From: an uncultured Gammaproteobacteria bacterium
GTDB taxonomy: Bacteria; Patescibacteriota; Patescibacteriia; CAYZDG01
Length of the DNA: 64,000 nt
Direction: 5' to 3'
Assembly: GCA_964536515.1 (NCBI GenBank)
Contig: CAZHXI010000002.1
Coordinates: 60,908-124,907 of the forward strand
Shown: one piece after another, positions 27,474-37,357 of the stretch
How the letters are laid out: the number at the start of each line of letters is the position of its first letter
How positions within the stretch are numbered: position 1 is the stretch's first letter
Notes under the pieces: model-generated
Database searches by the model: none
What the model was told of the DNA's origin: nothing
What the model saw: only the letters and a program-made list of their open reading frames with translations
Made by a program: the position numbers and the translations under genes

Positions 27474-27905
27474 CTACACGCCGAGCGTGCCCAGGGCTTC
27501 CGCGATGTCTACGCTCGACCGCTCGGTGGAAGACTTGTACTTGGTCCAGGCCGCCTCATCCCACAGCTCCAGGCGGTTGTACAGGCCGGTTACTACGACC
27601 TGCTTCGAAAGGCCGGCGTACTTGCGCAGGTAGTCCGGCACCAGCACGCGGCCCTGGCTATCGATGTCTACCTCCATTGCTCCCGCGAGCATCAAGCGGC
27701 TGAACGCCCGGGTGTTGGCCTGGGCGATGGGGAGGGTAACCAGCTTGTCTGCGAGCTTCTTCCACTCCGCAGACGTATAGACGAACAGGCAGCCGTCCAG
27801 GCCCCTGGTAACGACCGCGCCCTTGCCCAGCGCCCCACGAAACTTAACCGGAACCGCCATGCGGCCCTTCTCGTCGATGCTGTGGGTGTATTCGCCGATA
27901 AACAT
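27474..27905 (-). CDS. mraZ: Transcriptional regulator MraZ
   Basis: MFIGEYTHSIDEKGRMAVP, DSQGRVLVP. Confidence 0.98.
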   Translation of the reverse strand: MFIGEYTHSIDEKGRMAVPVKFRGALGKGAVVTRGLDGCLFVYTSAEWKKLADKLVTLPIAQANTRAFSRLMLAGAMEVDIDSQGRVLVPDYLRKYAGLSKQVVVTGLYNRLELWDEAAWTKYKSSTERSSVDIAEALGTLGV

Positions 27906-27960
27906 GCTCGCCGCGTTTAGCAGTTTGGTTCGAGAGGTTATTTACCGTCGTTTTTGTTTT

Positions 27961-28010
27961 CCCCACTTTTATCCACTTCTTTTGTTTACCTCTCCATTCT
28001 ACACCACTCT
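27961..28010 (-). promoter_or_regulatory. MraZ-binding direct repeats
   Basis: RTGG boxes about 10 nt apart (AGTGG, AATGG, AGTGG, AGTGG on the minus strand) upstream of mraZ. Confidence 0.7.
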
Positions 28011-28116
28011 GCTTTTCCGAACAACCACCGCGCTCCCCGCGGTCAAATGGACGGCAGCGGCTAAATAGACGTAAAAAATCCGCCCGGGTGGGCGGCGAGC
28101 TGTTGATAACCCTCCC

Positions 28117-28566
28117 CTACTTCGGCTTGGTTATATTCGGGGCATGGATGTACCTAGGACGGAGCGTTCCAGCTGCCTGCCACCGCCCGAAGTGGACAAC
28201 CTTGAAGCCCTCCGCCAGCTCGTAGGCAGCGACCGGCAGATTCAAAGCCCACGCCAAGGCGTTGGCCACGGTTACAGACAGGCGGATGCCGCCGGGCGTT
28301 GAGGGGCCAACTACGGCAGCGATTCCCGTAACCTTGCTCGGGGCAAGGCCCAGTACGCGGTGGACGAGGCGCGAGAACCCCAACGCTCGGCTGCGTCCCG
28401 TGGGGGCCGGGGCTGTACGGCACGCCACGACCACGCCGTCCGGCCTGGCCAACCCAGACCACAGACGATCTCCGCTCGCATCCAGCAGCAGGATGGAGCC
28501 AGCACGTGGAGCGGCCTCTCGGCTCCGCTCGAGACTGGCGGCGGGGGTGCGGGGCGCTGCGGCCAT
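28117..28566 (-). CDS. tsaB: TsaB-like tRNA threonylcarbamoyladenosine biosynthesis protein (short)
   Basis: LLLDAS, IAAVVGP...GIRLSVTVANALAWALNLPV, C-terminal PRYIHAPNIT. Confidence 0.7.
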   Translation of the reverse strand: MAAAPRTPAASLERSREAAPRAGSILLLDASGDRLWSGLARPDGVVVACRTAPAPTGRSRALGFSRLVHRVLGLAPSKVTGIAAVVGPSTPGGIRLSVTVANALAWALNLPVAAYELAEGFKVVHFGRWQAAGTLRPRYIHAPNITKPK

Positions 28567-28611
28567 ATATTCGGTATACTGTACTACTACCCCACCTCGC
28601 CCCGCCGCGCA

Positions 28612-30711
28612 ATGTACGCCACACAGGTAAACCACCTCCTCCGCCGCGGCACGCAGGCGGGCAGCGTCGCCAGCGTCTCGGTTGCCCGGCCCGGCGCCGA
28701 GGAACGTGAGGTGAAGGGCCAGCTCCTGCTGCTGCTGGAGGTACCGGGCTCTTCCGCCCGCCTGCAGGTAGCCGTAGACGAGTTCCTGCGGGCGGTGGAG
28801 GGCGCCTACTACAACGGCCCGGCCCAGGACCCAGAGGCGAGCCTGGAGCAGGCCCTACGCACCGCCAACGCCGGCCTGCCCGCCCTGTGCAGCCACGACA
28901 AGCGCTGGCCCGAGCGGACCAGCATGGCGGTGGTCGCATACCGCGGCGACCAGGTCTACTTCGCCACCGCTGGCTCTATCTGGGGCGTGCTGCTAACCCC
29001 CACGCGCGTCTCCACCGTAACCGAGAACGGCAGCCGAGCGGCGACGGTGAACCCGCTCAAGCCCTTCTCCTCCATCGCCAGCGGGCCGCTGCAGCCAGAT
29101 AGCACGGTGTGCTTCGCCACCCTTACCCTGCTGGACTACATAGCGCAGGAGAAGTTCCGCAAGCTGTGCGCCGACCTGCCGCCGCTGGGCGTGGTGCAGC
29201 AGCTGGAGGACCTGCTGGGCCAGGCATCGCCCCAGCTGAACATTGCGGCTATCATCATCAGGCGAACTCCCGCGGGGACAGAGGCGCACCAGCCCGCCGC
29301 CCACGCCGCTATCCCGGCCGCTGCCCCGACGTCGCAGCGATCGATGCGCCAGCTGGCCGGGCAGCGCCAGGCAACGGCGCAGCTCCTGAGCGCCCCCAGC
29401 CTGCGCCAGTCCCTGGGCAGCCGAGTATCGAACGGCGTTGCGGCGCTCCGAAGATCAGCCGCCGCGCTCGCCACCCCTCAGCTCTGGGCTGACCTGCGGC
29501 GGTCGGCGGAGCGTTCTGCCGCGGTAGCGCGCACAGCCGTTGCCACCAGCAGAACCAGGTTCTCTGCGGCGGCATCGTACCGCTGGCCGCCCTCGGCGTG
29601 GCTAACCGGGCTGGCGCTGGCGGCGAGCCGGCCGGTTCGCTGGGCCAGGGGCCTCCGCCCGGTGCAACGGATCATCGTCACGGTCATTGCGGCGGCAATC
29701 CTGGCATTGGCGGGCGGAACCCAGTGGCGGCTGACGCAGATCGCCAACCGTATCCCGCCGGTATCGGCCGACGTCATCTCGGGCATTGCCGCCAGCATCG
29801 ACAGCGCCACCAACGCCCTCATCTACGGCGACGAGGGCGCAGCTGCAGCGGCGATCGGCGAGGCGGATCGAGCCCTCGCCAGCGTGGATAGCCGCCAGGC
29901 TGACGACCCCAGCCTGCCGCCCCTGCGCCAGCAGCTGGCAGACCTGCAGCGCCGCCTCAGCCGAGCCGTTGCCCTGCCAAGCCTGGGCACGGTGGCTAGC
30001 TTCCCCGACCAGCAACCAGCTGGCCTAGCCATGGCGGGCGGCGACCTGTGGACGGTTACGGGCTCGGGGCTGGTCCGCGTTAGCCTAGACGGCGCAACCG
30101 AGGTATCGGCGAACGGCGTGGCGGCGGGATCTCCCCTGGCCGCCGAGGGCTCTACCGCCTACGCCGCGGGCGTTGACGTAACCGAGGCCAACGCGAATTC
30201 TTCCCGCGCCTACCCGTGGGAACGGCTAGCAGACCACGCCGACACCGTCGCCATTGCAGCCTACGGCAGCCGGCTGTACACCCTGGCCGACAACGGGCAG
30301 GTCTTCCGCTACCGCCGCTCCGGCGGAACGTTCTCGCAGGGCACTGCCTGGCTCAAGGGCCAGCCCAGCGGATCTGGCCGCAGCATTGCCGTAGACGGCG
30401 CCGTCTACGTCCTCACCGCGAACGGGGTCATACGCTACAGCCAGGGCAACCCGTCGCCGCTCAACCTGGGCAGCGCCTACCCCGCCCCCGCCGACCTACG
30501 AGCCTTCGCCGTGGGCAGCCGGGCCATCTACCTGCTGGAGCCCAGCCAGAGGCGCCTGCTGGCCTTCAACAAGCAGACCGGTCGCCTGGAGCAGCAGTTC
30601 ACCTCTGACGAGCTAGCCGCCGCCACGGCGGTAGCCGTGGCCGACGACGAACGTACGGCGTACGTCGTCGCGGGCGCGGCCGTGCGGTCTATCGATCTAA
30701 CGGCACGATAA
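28612..30711 (+). CDS. Membrane protein with degenerate PP2C-like N-terminal domain and C-terminal beta-propeller
   Basis: SLEQALRTAN...QVYFATAG PP2C-like segments without catalytic Asp motifs, one TM, SIAVDGAVYVL/IYLLEP propeller repeats. Confidence 0.65.
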   Translation: MYATQVNHLLRRGTQAGSVASVSVARPGAEEREVKGQLLLLLEVPGSSARLQVAVDEFLRAVEGAYYNGPAQDPEASLEQALRTANAGLPALCSHDKRWPERTSMAVVAYRGDQVYFATAGSIWGVLLTPTRVSTVTENGSRAATVNPLKPFSSIASGPLQPDSTVCFATLTLLDYIAQEKFRKLCADLPPLGVVQQLEDLLGQASPQLNIAAIIIRRTPAGTEAHQPAAHAAIPAAAPTSQRSMRQLAGQRQATAQLLSAPSLRQSLGSRVSNGVAALRRSAAALATPQLWADLRRSAERSAAVARTAVATSRTRFSAAASYRWPPSAWLTGLALAASRPVRWARGLRPVQRIIVTVIAAAILALAGGTQWRLTQIANRIPPVSADVISGIAASIDSATNALIYGDEGAAAAAIGEADRALASVDSRQADDPSLPPLRQQLADLQRRLSRAVALPSLGTVASFPDQQPAGLAMAGGDLWTVTGSGLVRVSLDGATEVSANGVAAGSPLAAEGSTAYAAGVDVTEANANSSRAYPWERLADHADTVAIAAYGSRLYTLADNGQVFRYRRSGGTFSQGTAWLKGQPSGSGRSIAVDGAVYVLTANGVIRYSQGNPSPLNLGSAYPAPADLRAFAVGSRAIYLLEPSQRRLLAFNKQTGRLEQQFTSDELAAATAVAVADDERTAYVVAGAAVRSIDLTAR

Positions 30712-30717
30712 AACGAA

Positions 30718-30747
30718 TGTAGGGACGAGGCGCGCCTCGTCCCTACA
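30718..30747. repeat. Perfect 30-bp palindrome, GTAG-type REP-like; probably a bidirectional terminator
   Basis: TGTAGGGACGAGGCG|CGCCTCGTCCCTACA between convergent genes. Confidence 0.75.
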
Positions 30748-30766
30748 CGACAATCGAACCGGATCG

Positions 30767-31174
30767 TTACTTCAACGTAACGGTCGCGCCGGCGGCCTCC
30801 AGGGCTGCCTTGATCTTGTCGGCCTCCTCCTTCGAGGCACCCTCCTTCACCATCGCCGGGGCGGCGTCGGCCAGGTCCTTTGCCTCCTTCAGGCTGAGGG
30901 CCGTAACCTCGCGCAGCGCCTTGATGACGTTAATCTTCTGCTCACCGGCACCGGTCAGCTCCACGTTGAAGCTGGTCTTCTCCTCGGCATCGGCAGCGGC
31001 GGCGCCGCCGGCAGCGGGCGCCATCGCCATAGCCACCGGGGCCGCAGCCGTTACGCCGAACTTCTCCTCCAGAACCTTAACCAGCTCGGCCAGGTCTAGG
31101 ACGGACAGCTTCTCGATCTGCTCGACCAGGTCCTTGAACTTGGCCGGAACCTCTACCATCTTGTCGTCGGACAT
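30767..31174 (-). CDS. rplL: 50S ribosomal protein L7/L12
   Basis: [41 protein letters not shown]. Confidence 0.98.
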   Translation of the reverse strand: MSDDKMVEVPAKFKDLVEQIEKLSVLDLAELVKVLEEKFGVTAAAPVAMAMAPAAGGAAAADAEEKTSFNVELTGAGEQKINVIKALREVTALSLKEAKDLADAAPAMVKEGASKEEADKIKAALEAAGATVTLK

Positions 31175-31232
31175 ATGAATCAGGTTAACGATTGATAAAC
31201 GTCCTCGTGTAAAGACGCATTGCAATACGTCT

Positions 31233-31757
31233 CTACGCGCGGGCTACGCGGACCGCATCAAGGGTCCGCACGAACTTAGAAAGGGTGCCGTGCAGCACGC
31301 CCACCATGCCCTGGATGGGGCTGTTCAGGCTACCCACCAGCTTGGCTAGCAGCTCCAGCCTGCTCGGCAGGCTCGCCAGCGTCTTGATGCCAGCCTGGTC
31401 CAGCACGTCGCCGTTCACGATGCCGCCCCGCAGGGTCAGCACCTCGGCGTTCTTCTTGATGAACTCAGCTAGAATCTTAGCCGACGTAACCTCGTCGCCG
31501 TACGAGAAGGCGATGATCAGGCTGCCGTCCAAATCGGACAGCGTCTGGGGCATCTCGCCGTTCTTGAGGGCCAGACCCAGCAGGGTCTTCTTTACCACCA
31601 GCAGTTCGCCGTTGCTCTCCTTCAACGTGCGACGCAGCTCTTCGGTGGCCTTTACGGTTAGCCCGGCGTAGGCCGCAACGGCCACGCCCTTGGCGCGCGC
31701 CAGCTTCTCGCTGACCGCGGCTAGCTCTGCTTCCTTTGTGCTCTTCAGCTTTGCCAT
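31233..31757 (-). CDS. rplJ: 50S ribosomal protein L10
   Basis: [27 protein letters not shown]. Confidence 0.96.
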   Translation of the reverse strand: MAKLKSTKEAELAAVSEKLARAKGVAVAAYAGLTVKATEELRRTLKESNGELLVVKKTLLGLALKNGEMPQTLSDLDGSLIIAFSYGDEVTSAKILAEFIKKNAEVLTLRGGIVNGDVLDQAGIKTLASLPSRLELLAKLVGSLNSPIQGMVGVLHGTLSKFVRTLDAVRVARA

Positions 31758-31879
31758 AGATTGAGTGTTTCCATTGTTGGTTAGGGGTTTCCCCCTGGCT
31801 CGACCTTTAGCCAACTGCGAGCACTAAAAATGCGGCCCGTGGAGCCGCAGAAAGAGTGTCCTTTCCCCCGCCGGAGCGG

Positions 31880-31975
31880 GTTGAGGGTCTGTCTCGGTAG
31901 GATATTAAGCTATTTCACCCGCCTTTGCCCCTTTTGGGGGCTTCGGCGAGGCTAGCGCCTACGGTCTGCGACAGT
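31880..31975 (-). promoter_or_regulatory. L10 leader (autoregulatory RNA) containing a palindromic insert
   Basis: GCAGACCGTAGG...CTTAA..TCCTACCGAG upstream of rplJ. Confidence 0.65.
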
Positions 31976-32089
31976 TGGTAAAAGGATGATGCCCCAACGA
32001 CGGGATATCTGTCTATGTTGACAATATATTAATAATTTGATATTATCTTACATATTAAGGTATTCGTACATTCACAGAGGAATGACCAA

Positions 32090-32563
32090 ATGTCAGACGA
32101 TAAGTATCAGCGGATCAATCTTCTGCTAACGCAACTTCTACCGTTGCTAGAGACCCGAGCTTTCATAGAGTGTGCCACGGCAAGCCTAACGGTACTCCGC
32201 TCTGCGGCCTACGTCAGAGAAGGCTACCTAAGCTTAGGTTGCGGAGAGCTAAGCAGGGCGAGGAACAACTTCGGATGGGCGGGGCTATACAAGAGAATCG
32301 CCAACTCAGAGGAGAGGGAGGCTGAAGCTACGTGGGATCGAGTGGAATCCATACGAGCATCGATCGCCGAGTACAAAGCAGGTAGCCACCCAGCTCTATT
32401 CGATACCGTCAATGAGGACGAGCTTCGCGGAGAGCTGGGTAAACTTGGCGCATTGCTGAATGTACTAGCCCTGAACCTTCGTGAGTGCGCAGGTGAGCTC
32501 CAAGATGATGCGCCGGGAGAACTCAACGCGCTACGTGAAGAGCGACGACGGCAGAAGCGGTAA
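32090..32563 (+). CDS. Hypothetical protein
   Basis: Promoter TTGACA(32018)-N17-TATTAT, GAGG SD, terminator ~32566-32607. Confidence 0.7.
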   Translation: MSDDKYQRINLLLTQLLPLLETRAFIECATASLTVLRSAAYVREGYLSLGCGELSRARNNFGWAGLYKRIANSEEREAEATWDRVESIRASIAEYKAGSHPALFDTVNEDELRGELGKLGALLNVLALNLRECAGELQDDAPGELNALREERRRQKR

Positions 32564-32610
32564 CCAAACGAGAACCAACGGGACCCTACGGGGTCTCGTT
32601 TCGTTTACAG

Positions 32611-33429
32611 CTAACGCAGGTACCGGCGTTTTGCTGCGCTGTGCTCTTCACCCGTGCGGCTGAAGATGGTGGTGCCGTCCTCAGCAGAGAGGAAGTAGTA
32701 GTACGGGTTGGACGTGGGGTGCAGCACCGCCTGGATCGCCGAGATGCTGGGCATAGCAATGGGCCCGGGCGGCAGGCCGCGGTTGCGGTAGGTGTTGTAC
32801 AGGCTGGAAGCGGCTAGGTCGGCGGCGGTGGGCCGGGTAACGCTCTTGCCCGTGACGTAGTTCACCGTGGCGTCGCTCTGCAGCGGCATGCCGATCTCCA
32901 GCCGCTTTAGGAAGACGTCGGCGACGTTGCGGCGGTCTTGGTCCGTAGCCACCTCACGCTCCACGATTGATGCGAGCGTTAGAACTTCGTGCATGGTGAG
33001 GCTGTGCGGAACGGGCAGGGGCTCTGATAGCCGCTGCTGAACTGCCTCCGCCATCTCGGCCGTAGCCTTGGCCGTGAGCTGCGCCAGAGCCTGGTCCGTG
33101 AACACGCGGTAGGTGTCGGGGAACAGGTAGCCCTCCAAGCTGGCGGGCTGAGGCTTTACGCTGGCGATCCACTGGGCCGTGGCGGTAGAGACGACGCCGG
33201 ACCAGCCGCCGTCGCTAGCCCAGAAGGCCAGGATCTGGTCGCTGGATGATGCCACGCCCTGGTCCGCCAGGCGCACGGCGAGCTTGGCCAGCGAGTCACC
33301 CTCGCGGATGCGCAACGTAAGCTCGGGCCTAGGCGGGATGGCAGGGGTACGGGGCTGGCTGTACCAGGTGAATAGCCCAGCGCCGATGGCGAGGACGATG
33401 ACTGCGGCGATGGTGAGGAGGAGCTTCAT
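32611..33429 (-). CDS. mltG: Endolytic transglycosylase MltG
   Basis: LEGYLFPDTY, LASIVERE, MPLQSDAT, YNTYRNRGLPPGPI. Confidence 0.95.
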   Translation of the reverse strand: MKLLLTIAAVIVLAIGAGLFTWYSQPRTPAIPPRPELTLRIREGDSLAKLAVRLADQGVASSSDQILAFWASDGGWSGVVSTATAQWIASVKPQPASLEGYLFPDTYRVFTDQALAQLTAKATAEMAEAVQQRLSEPLPVPHSLTMHEVLTLASIVEREVATDQDRRNVADVFLKRLEIGMPLQSDATVNYVTGKSVTRPTAADLAASSLYNTYRNRGLPPGPIAMPSISAIQAVLHPTSNPYYYFLSAEDGTTIFSRTGEEHSAAKRRYLR

Positions 33430-33531
33430 GCGGTAGAAACTATAAGACTCGTAGACACTGAGACGGCGAGGATACAAGTCGACTGGGACATTTCATACAA
33501 GTCTCACTGTTTCCCTGTCTCCGTGTCTCAC

Positions 33532-34611
33532 CTACCGAAACTTCCTGTACCTCCCCTGCTCCAGCATCTTAACAATCTCACGCACGTTCTGCGCCTGGTC
33601 GCGGCTGCAGATCAGCAGCGCATCGGGCGTATCCACAATTGCTAGGTCGGCTAGGCCCACGGTGGCGATTAGGCGCTTGGTCCCCGAGTAGACCAAAACG
33701 TTACGGCTGCCGGAATCCAAATGCTGGCCAATAGATACCGTCTGCCCCGGCTTAACGGAGAGAACGTCGTGCACGCTACGCCAGTGGCCCACATCCACCC
33801 AGGTGAACCTAGCCGGCACCACGGCGCCGCCGTGCAGGTGCTCCATTACGGCGTAGTCTATGGATGTGGCCGTGCGAAGGCGGCGGTAGGCGGCAGCCAG
33901 GGCGGCGCCGAACCGCGGCGTGGGGTACGCCGCGGCAGCAGCCTCGGCTGCAGCAGCCACCGGGGCTGCGTGCCGGCGGATCTGGGCCAGCCACCGGTCT
34001 GACGTGGCGCTGAATATTCCTGGGTTCCAGTAGTGTCGGCCGGAGGCGACGTACCTAGCTGCGGTAGCTGCGTTCGGCTTCTCGCGGAAGCGCCTGAGCG
34101 GACGCCAGCCCCTGCCCGGCGCCTGGCGGCCGACCTCGATGTAGCCGTAGCCAGTCTCGGCGTAGGCCGGCGGCACGCCGATGAAGGCGAACTCACCCGC
34201 CGAGGCAGCCCTGGCCATGGTGCGGACGCAGGCTCGGAAGCGGGGTACGCTGCCGATGACCTGGTCGCTGTTGATGACGGTCAGCACGGCGCCGGGGTGG
34301 CGGCGCTGGGTTATCGCCGCAGCTACGGCAATGGCAGCTGCGGTGCCTCGCCCGCGTGGCTCGACGACTAGCTGGCTGGGCTTGAGCTTGGGCAGCTGGG
34401 CACGGACCTGCCGCACGTACGCGGCGGTGGTGATGATCAGCGGCGGCAACGTACCGACGCCGGCGGCACGATCCACCGCCTGCTGGAGCAGGGTCTGCCC
34501 GCCGGCTAGGCGCAGAAGCTGCTTGGGCTGCTGCCTACGCGAGAGCGGCCACAGCCGGGTGCCGCTGCCGCCGGCTAGGATAGCCAGCTGGTGCCGCACT
34601 CGCCTGCTCAT
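33532..34611 (-). CDS. manC: Mannose-1-phosphate guanylyltransferase
   Basis: ILAGGSGTRLWPLSR...PKQ, ETGYGYI, FREKP, SIDYAVME. Confidence 0.93.
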   Translation of the reverse strand: MSRRVRHQLAILAGGSGTRLWPLSRRQQPKQLLRLAGGQTLLQQAVDRAAGVGTLPPLIITTAAYVRQVRAQLPKLKPSQLVVEPRGRGTAAAIAVAAAITQRRHPGAVLTVINSDQVIGSVPRFRACVRTMARAASAGEFAFIGVPPAYAETGYGYIEVGRQAPGRGWRPLRRFREKPNAATAARYVASGRHYWNPGIFSATSDRWLAQIRRHAAPVAAAAEAAAAAYPTPRFGAALAAAYRRLRTATSIDYAVMEHLHGGAVVPARFTWVDVGHWRSVHDVLSVKPGQTVSIGQHLDSGSRNVLVYSGTKRLIATVGLADLAIVDTPDALLICSRDQAQNVREIVKMLEQGRYRKFR

Positions 34612-35261
34612 ACCTCGTTCTCGCCGACCAGCGGCACGAAGCTGAACCCAGGGTAGCGCTCCTCATCGAACTCCTGGTCCGACAGCCGCATCATCACCAC
34701 CACGTCCTGCGTCTCGTTGCCGATGGGCACCACCAGGCGGCCGCCCACGGCTAGCTGCGCCCGGAGGTCTTCCGGGAACTTGCTGGCAGCTGCGCCCACC
34801 ACCACGCGGTCGAACGGGGCGTGCTCGGGAATGCCGTGGGCACCGCTGCCCTCGATGCAGCTGACGTGCGGCAGCTTGCACGGCTCCATGTTGCTCCGCG
34901 TGAGCTCGGCCATGTTGGGCTGCACCTCCACCGCGAACACCTTGCCGTGCGGGTGGACCAGCTTGCCGAGCAGCGCCGTTTGGTAGCCGGACCCAGAGCC
35001 GACTTCCAGCACCGAATTATTCGGCCGAGGCTGCAGCAGCTCAAGCATGAAGGCCACCACGCTGGGCTGAGACATAGACGAGCCCGGCGCCAGCGGAATG
35101 CTGACGTCTTCGTAGGCGTGCTCGCGGTGCTCGGCCGGGGTAAACTTGGCGCGGTCAATGTCTATGAATGCCTGGATAATGGCAGGGGTGCGCAGCACGC
35201 CGCTGCCGCACAGGTGGCGGATGAGCTTGGCGTGGTCGGGGTGAACTCGGCTCAGGTCCAT
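34608..35261 (-). CDS. pcm: Protein-L-isoaspartate O-methyltransferase
   Basis: AYEDVSIP, SQPSVVA, VLEVGSGSGYQTA, APFDR, GGRLVVP, FVPL. Confidence 0.94.
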   Translation of the reverse strand: MDLSRVHPDHAKLIRHLCGSGVLRTPAIIQAFIDIDRAKFTPAEHREHAYEDVSIPLAPGSSMSQPSVVAFMLELLQPRPNNSVLEVGSGSGYQTALLGKLVHPHGKVFAVEVQPNMAELTRSNMEPCKLPHVSCIEGSGAHGIPEHAPFDRVVVGAAASKFPEDLRAQLAVGGRLVVPIGNETQDVVVMMRLSDQEFDEERYPGFSFVPLVGENEV

Positions 35262-36058
35262 ACAGAGGTACCGTACAGAACTATGGCCAGAATTGCCACG
35301 GCTACCCGGTACCAGGCGAACGGCGCCAGGCTGCGGCTGCGGACCCAGGCCAGCAGGCCGGCGACGGCTGCGTACCCGGCGACGGCCGAGGCAATGAATC
35401 CGGCTGCCAGCGCCACGGGGGCCACCCCGACCGCCGGGCTGACGATGTCGCCCCACTGGAACAGCACGGCCCCCAGCGTGGCGGGAACGGCGAGCAAAAA
35501 GGCGAAGCGGGCGGCATCTGGCCGGCGGAGGCCGAGCAGCAGAGCCACGGCGATGACGGCGCCGGAACGAGACAGGCCGGGCAGCAGCGCGAACGCCTGA
35601 GCTACGCCTAGGCCAATGGCTGCGCCCCACCCCAGCTGCGCCAGGGTGGATGACTGCTTGCCCCAGCGCTCACCGGAGAGAAGCAGCACGCTGCCGATCA
35701 CCAGCATGGCGGCGACCACGGCCAGGCTACGCGCGCCGGACTCAATGGCGTCGCCGCCTAGCAGGGCGACGATGACCACCGGCACCGTAGCCGCCGCTAC
35801 CTGCCAGGCCAGCCGGCCGTCGTCAGACTTCGGCGCGCTGAACGCTGCGTGAATAAGCCTGAGCAGGTCTCGCCAGAAGTAGGCCAGCAGCGCCAGCAGC
35901 GTGCCGGCGTGCAGCCAGACGTCGAACGCCAGGGTAGACCCCTCGGTGCCCGGCAGCAGCCGGTGCACGATGAGCAGGTGGCCCGAGCTAGAGATGGGCA
36001 GGAACTCGGTGAGGCCCTGCACCGCGCCGAGGGCAATCGCCTCGGCTACGCCACCCAT
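35252..36058 (-). CDS. uppP: Undecaprenyl-diphosphatase
   Basis: QGLTEFLPISSSGHL, PGLSRSG. Confidence 0.96.
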   Translation of the reverse strand: MGGVAEAIALGAVQGLTEFLPISSSGHLLIVHRLLPGTEGSTLAFDVWLHAGTLLALLAYFWRDLLRLIHAAFSAPKSDDGRLAWQVAAATVPVVIVALLGGDAIESGARSLAVVAAMLVIGSVLLLSGERWGKQSSTLAQLGWGAAIGLGVAQAFALLPGLSRSGAVIAVALLLGLRRPDAARFAFLLAVPATLGAVLFQWGDIVSPAVGVAPVALAAGFIASAVAGYAAVAGLLAWVRSRSLAPFAWYRVAVAILAIVLYGTSVWT

Positions 36059-36465
36059 AGCAGCATCGCCAGCGCCACGCCCAGGGCGCCGCCGGCTAGA
36101 ATCTCGGCGAAGGTATGGCCGACCCGGACGGCCAGGATCGGGAAGTCGTACTCGACGTCATCCGGCAGCGTCTCCACCAGCCGGTTGAGAACCCTGGCGT
36201 GGTCCCCCACCTGCCGCCGCAGCATCAGCGCATCGTTGAGGGTGAGGAGGGTGAACACCGACGCGACCGCCGCCGCCGGGCCGACGCCCTCGCCCAGGAA
36301 GAGGACCGTGCACAGCGAGACCGTAAAGGCGGCGTGCATTGAAGGCATGCCGCCGTAGGCCCACACCTGCCGCCAGCCGGCAGATCCACGGCTAGCAGCC
36401 AGGGCAATCTTCAGCAGCTGCGCCACCGACGCGGCGACGAGCGGAATAACGATGTACTGCCACAT
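36046..36465 (-). CDS. Divergent PAP2 family protein (DUF212)
   Basis: GGMPSMHAA, DALMLRRQVG, GHTFAE. Confidence 0.9.
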   Translation of the reverse strand: MWQYIVIPLVAASVAQLLKIALAASRGSAGWRQVWAYGGMPSMHAAFTVSLCTVLFLGEGVGPAAAVASVFTLLTLNDALMLRRQVGDHARVLNRLVETLPDDVEYDFPILAVRVGHTFAEILAGGALGVALAMLLWVA

Positions 36466-36488
36466 AGGACAAGGGTACCGCGGCCGCG

Positions 36489-37355
36489 CTACCCCTGGCA
36501 ATTGCCGCAGAACACCGTGCCGCGGCCGCCCACGACGGCTCGGGAGAGAGGCTTACCGCAGCGTACGCACGGCCTGCCGCCCCGGCCGTAGACCTTAAGG
36601 TACCTGCCGTACGTCCCACGGTTGCCGTGGCCGTCTAGGTAGTCGTTCATGGTGGTCCCCCGCTTGGCTACAGCCAGCTTGAGTATCGCCCTGATTGCGG
36701 CGACGAGCGCCTTAGCCTCTGCCGACGTGATGGTCTTCGCACGGCGTTTCGGATTAATCCGCGCCCGGAACAGCGACTCGTCGGCGTAGATGTTGCCGAC
36801 GCCAGCCAGTAGCGACTGGTCCATGATCATCTGCTTGATGGTCGCCTTTGGCCGGCGTGCCGCCCAGGCGAGGAGGATCGTCGGCGTAAATTCCTTCTGG
36901 AACGGATCAATGCCCCAGTCGCCGTCGTGCATCTTCTTCCAATCGGCTGCGGAATAGATGCGGATGTAGCCGAACTTCCGCGTATCGTTGAAGTACAGGC
37001 TGTCGCCAGATTTGAACCCAAGCTGCACCTGCGTGTACCTGTTCGGCAGGCCCAAGCCGCGCACGCCGAACGGGTGTCCCCCGCCTGCCAGCCGCCCAAC
37101 CTTGGATTTATATATAAACTGCCCGGTCATCTTCATATGCCCTATGAGAACTAAGCTTTTGTCCAAAGTGAATACAACCACCTTAGCCCGGCGGGTAACG
37201 GACAGGATCTTTCTGCCACGGAGAATCTTGATGAACTCCCTGGGCTCCGGGCTAACCTGCTTGGGCGAATTCACGACGACGGATACTATCGTCTGGCCCG
37301 CAATCTTTGCTTGCAGATCATCTGCAACGGTCTGGACTTCGGGAAGCTCGGGCAT
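36489..37355 (-). CDS. mutM: Formamidopyrimidine-DNA glycosylase
   Basis: MPELPEV N-terminus, HMKMTG, GVGNIYADE, C-terminal zinc finger. Confidence 0.97.
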   Translation of the reverse strand: MPELPEVQTVADDLQAKIAGQTIVSVVVNSPKQVSPEPREFIKILRGRKILSVTRRAKVVVFTLDKSLVLIGHMKMTGQFIYKSKVGRLAGGGHPFGVRGLGLPNRYTQVQLGFKSGDSLYFNDTRKFGYIRIYSAADWKKMHDGDWGIDPFQKEFTPTILLAWAARRPKATIKQMIMDQSLLAGVGNIYADESLFRARINPKRRAKTITSAEAKALVAAIRAILKLAVAKRGTTMNDYLDGHGNRGTYGRYLKVYGRGGRPCVRCGKPLSRAVVGGRGTVFCGNCQG

Positions 37356-37357
37356 CA

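Noticed and set aside
34608-35630. pcm as a graspetide aspartimide-forming tailoring enzyme, and its long N-terminal extension
   Set aside because: It lies ~18 kb from the RiPP genes among housekeeping genes; the extension overlaps uppP and the likely start is 35261
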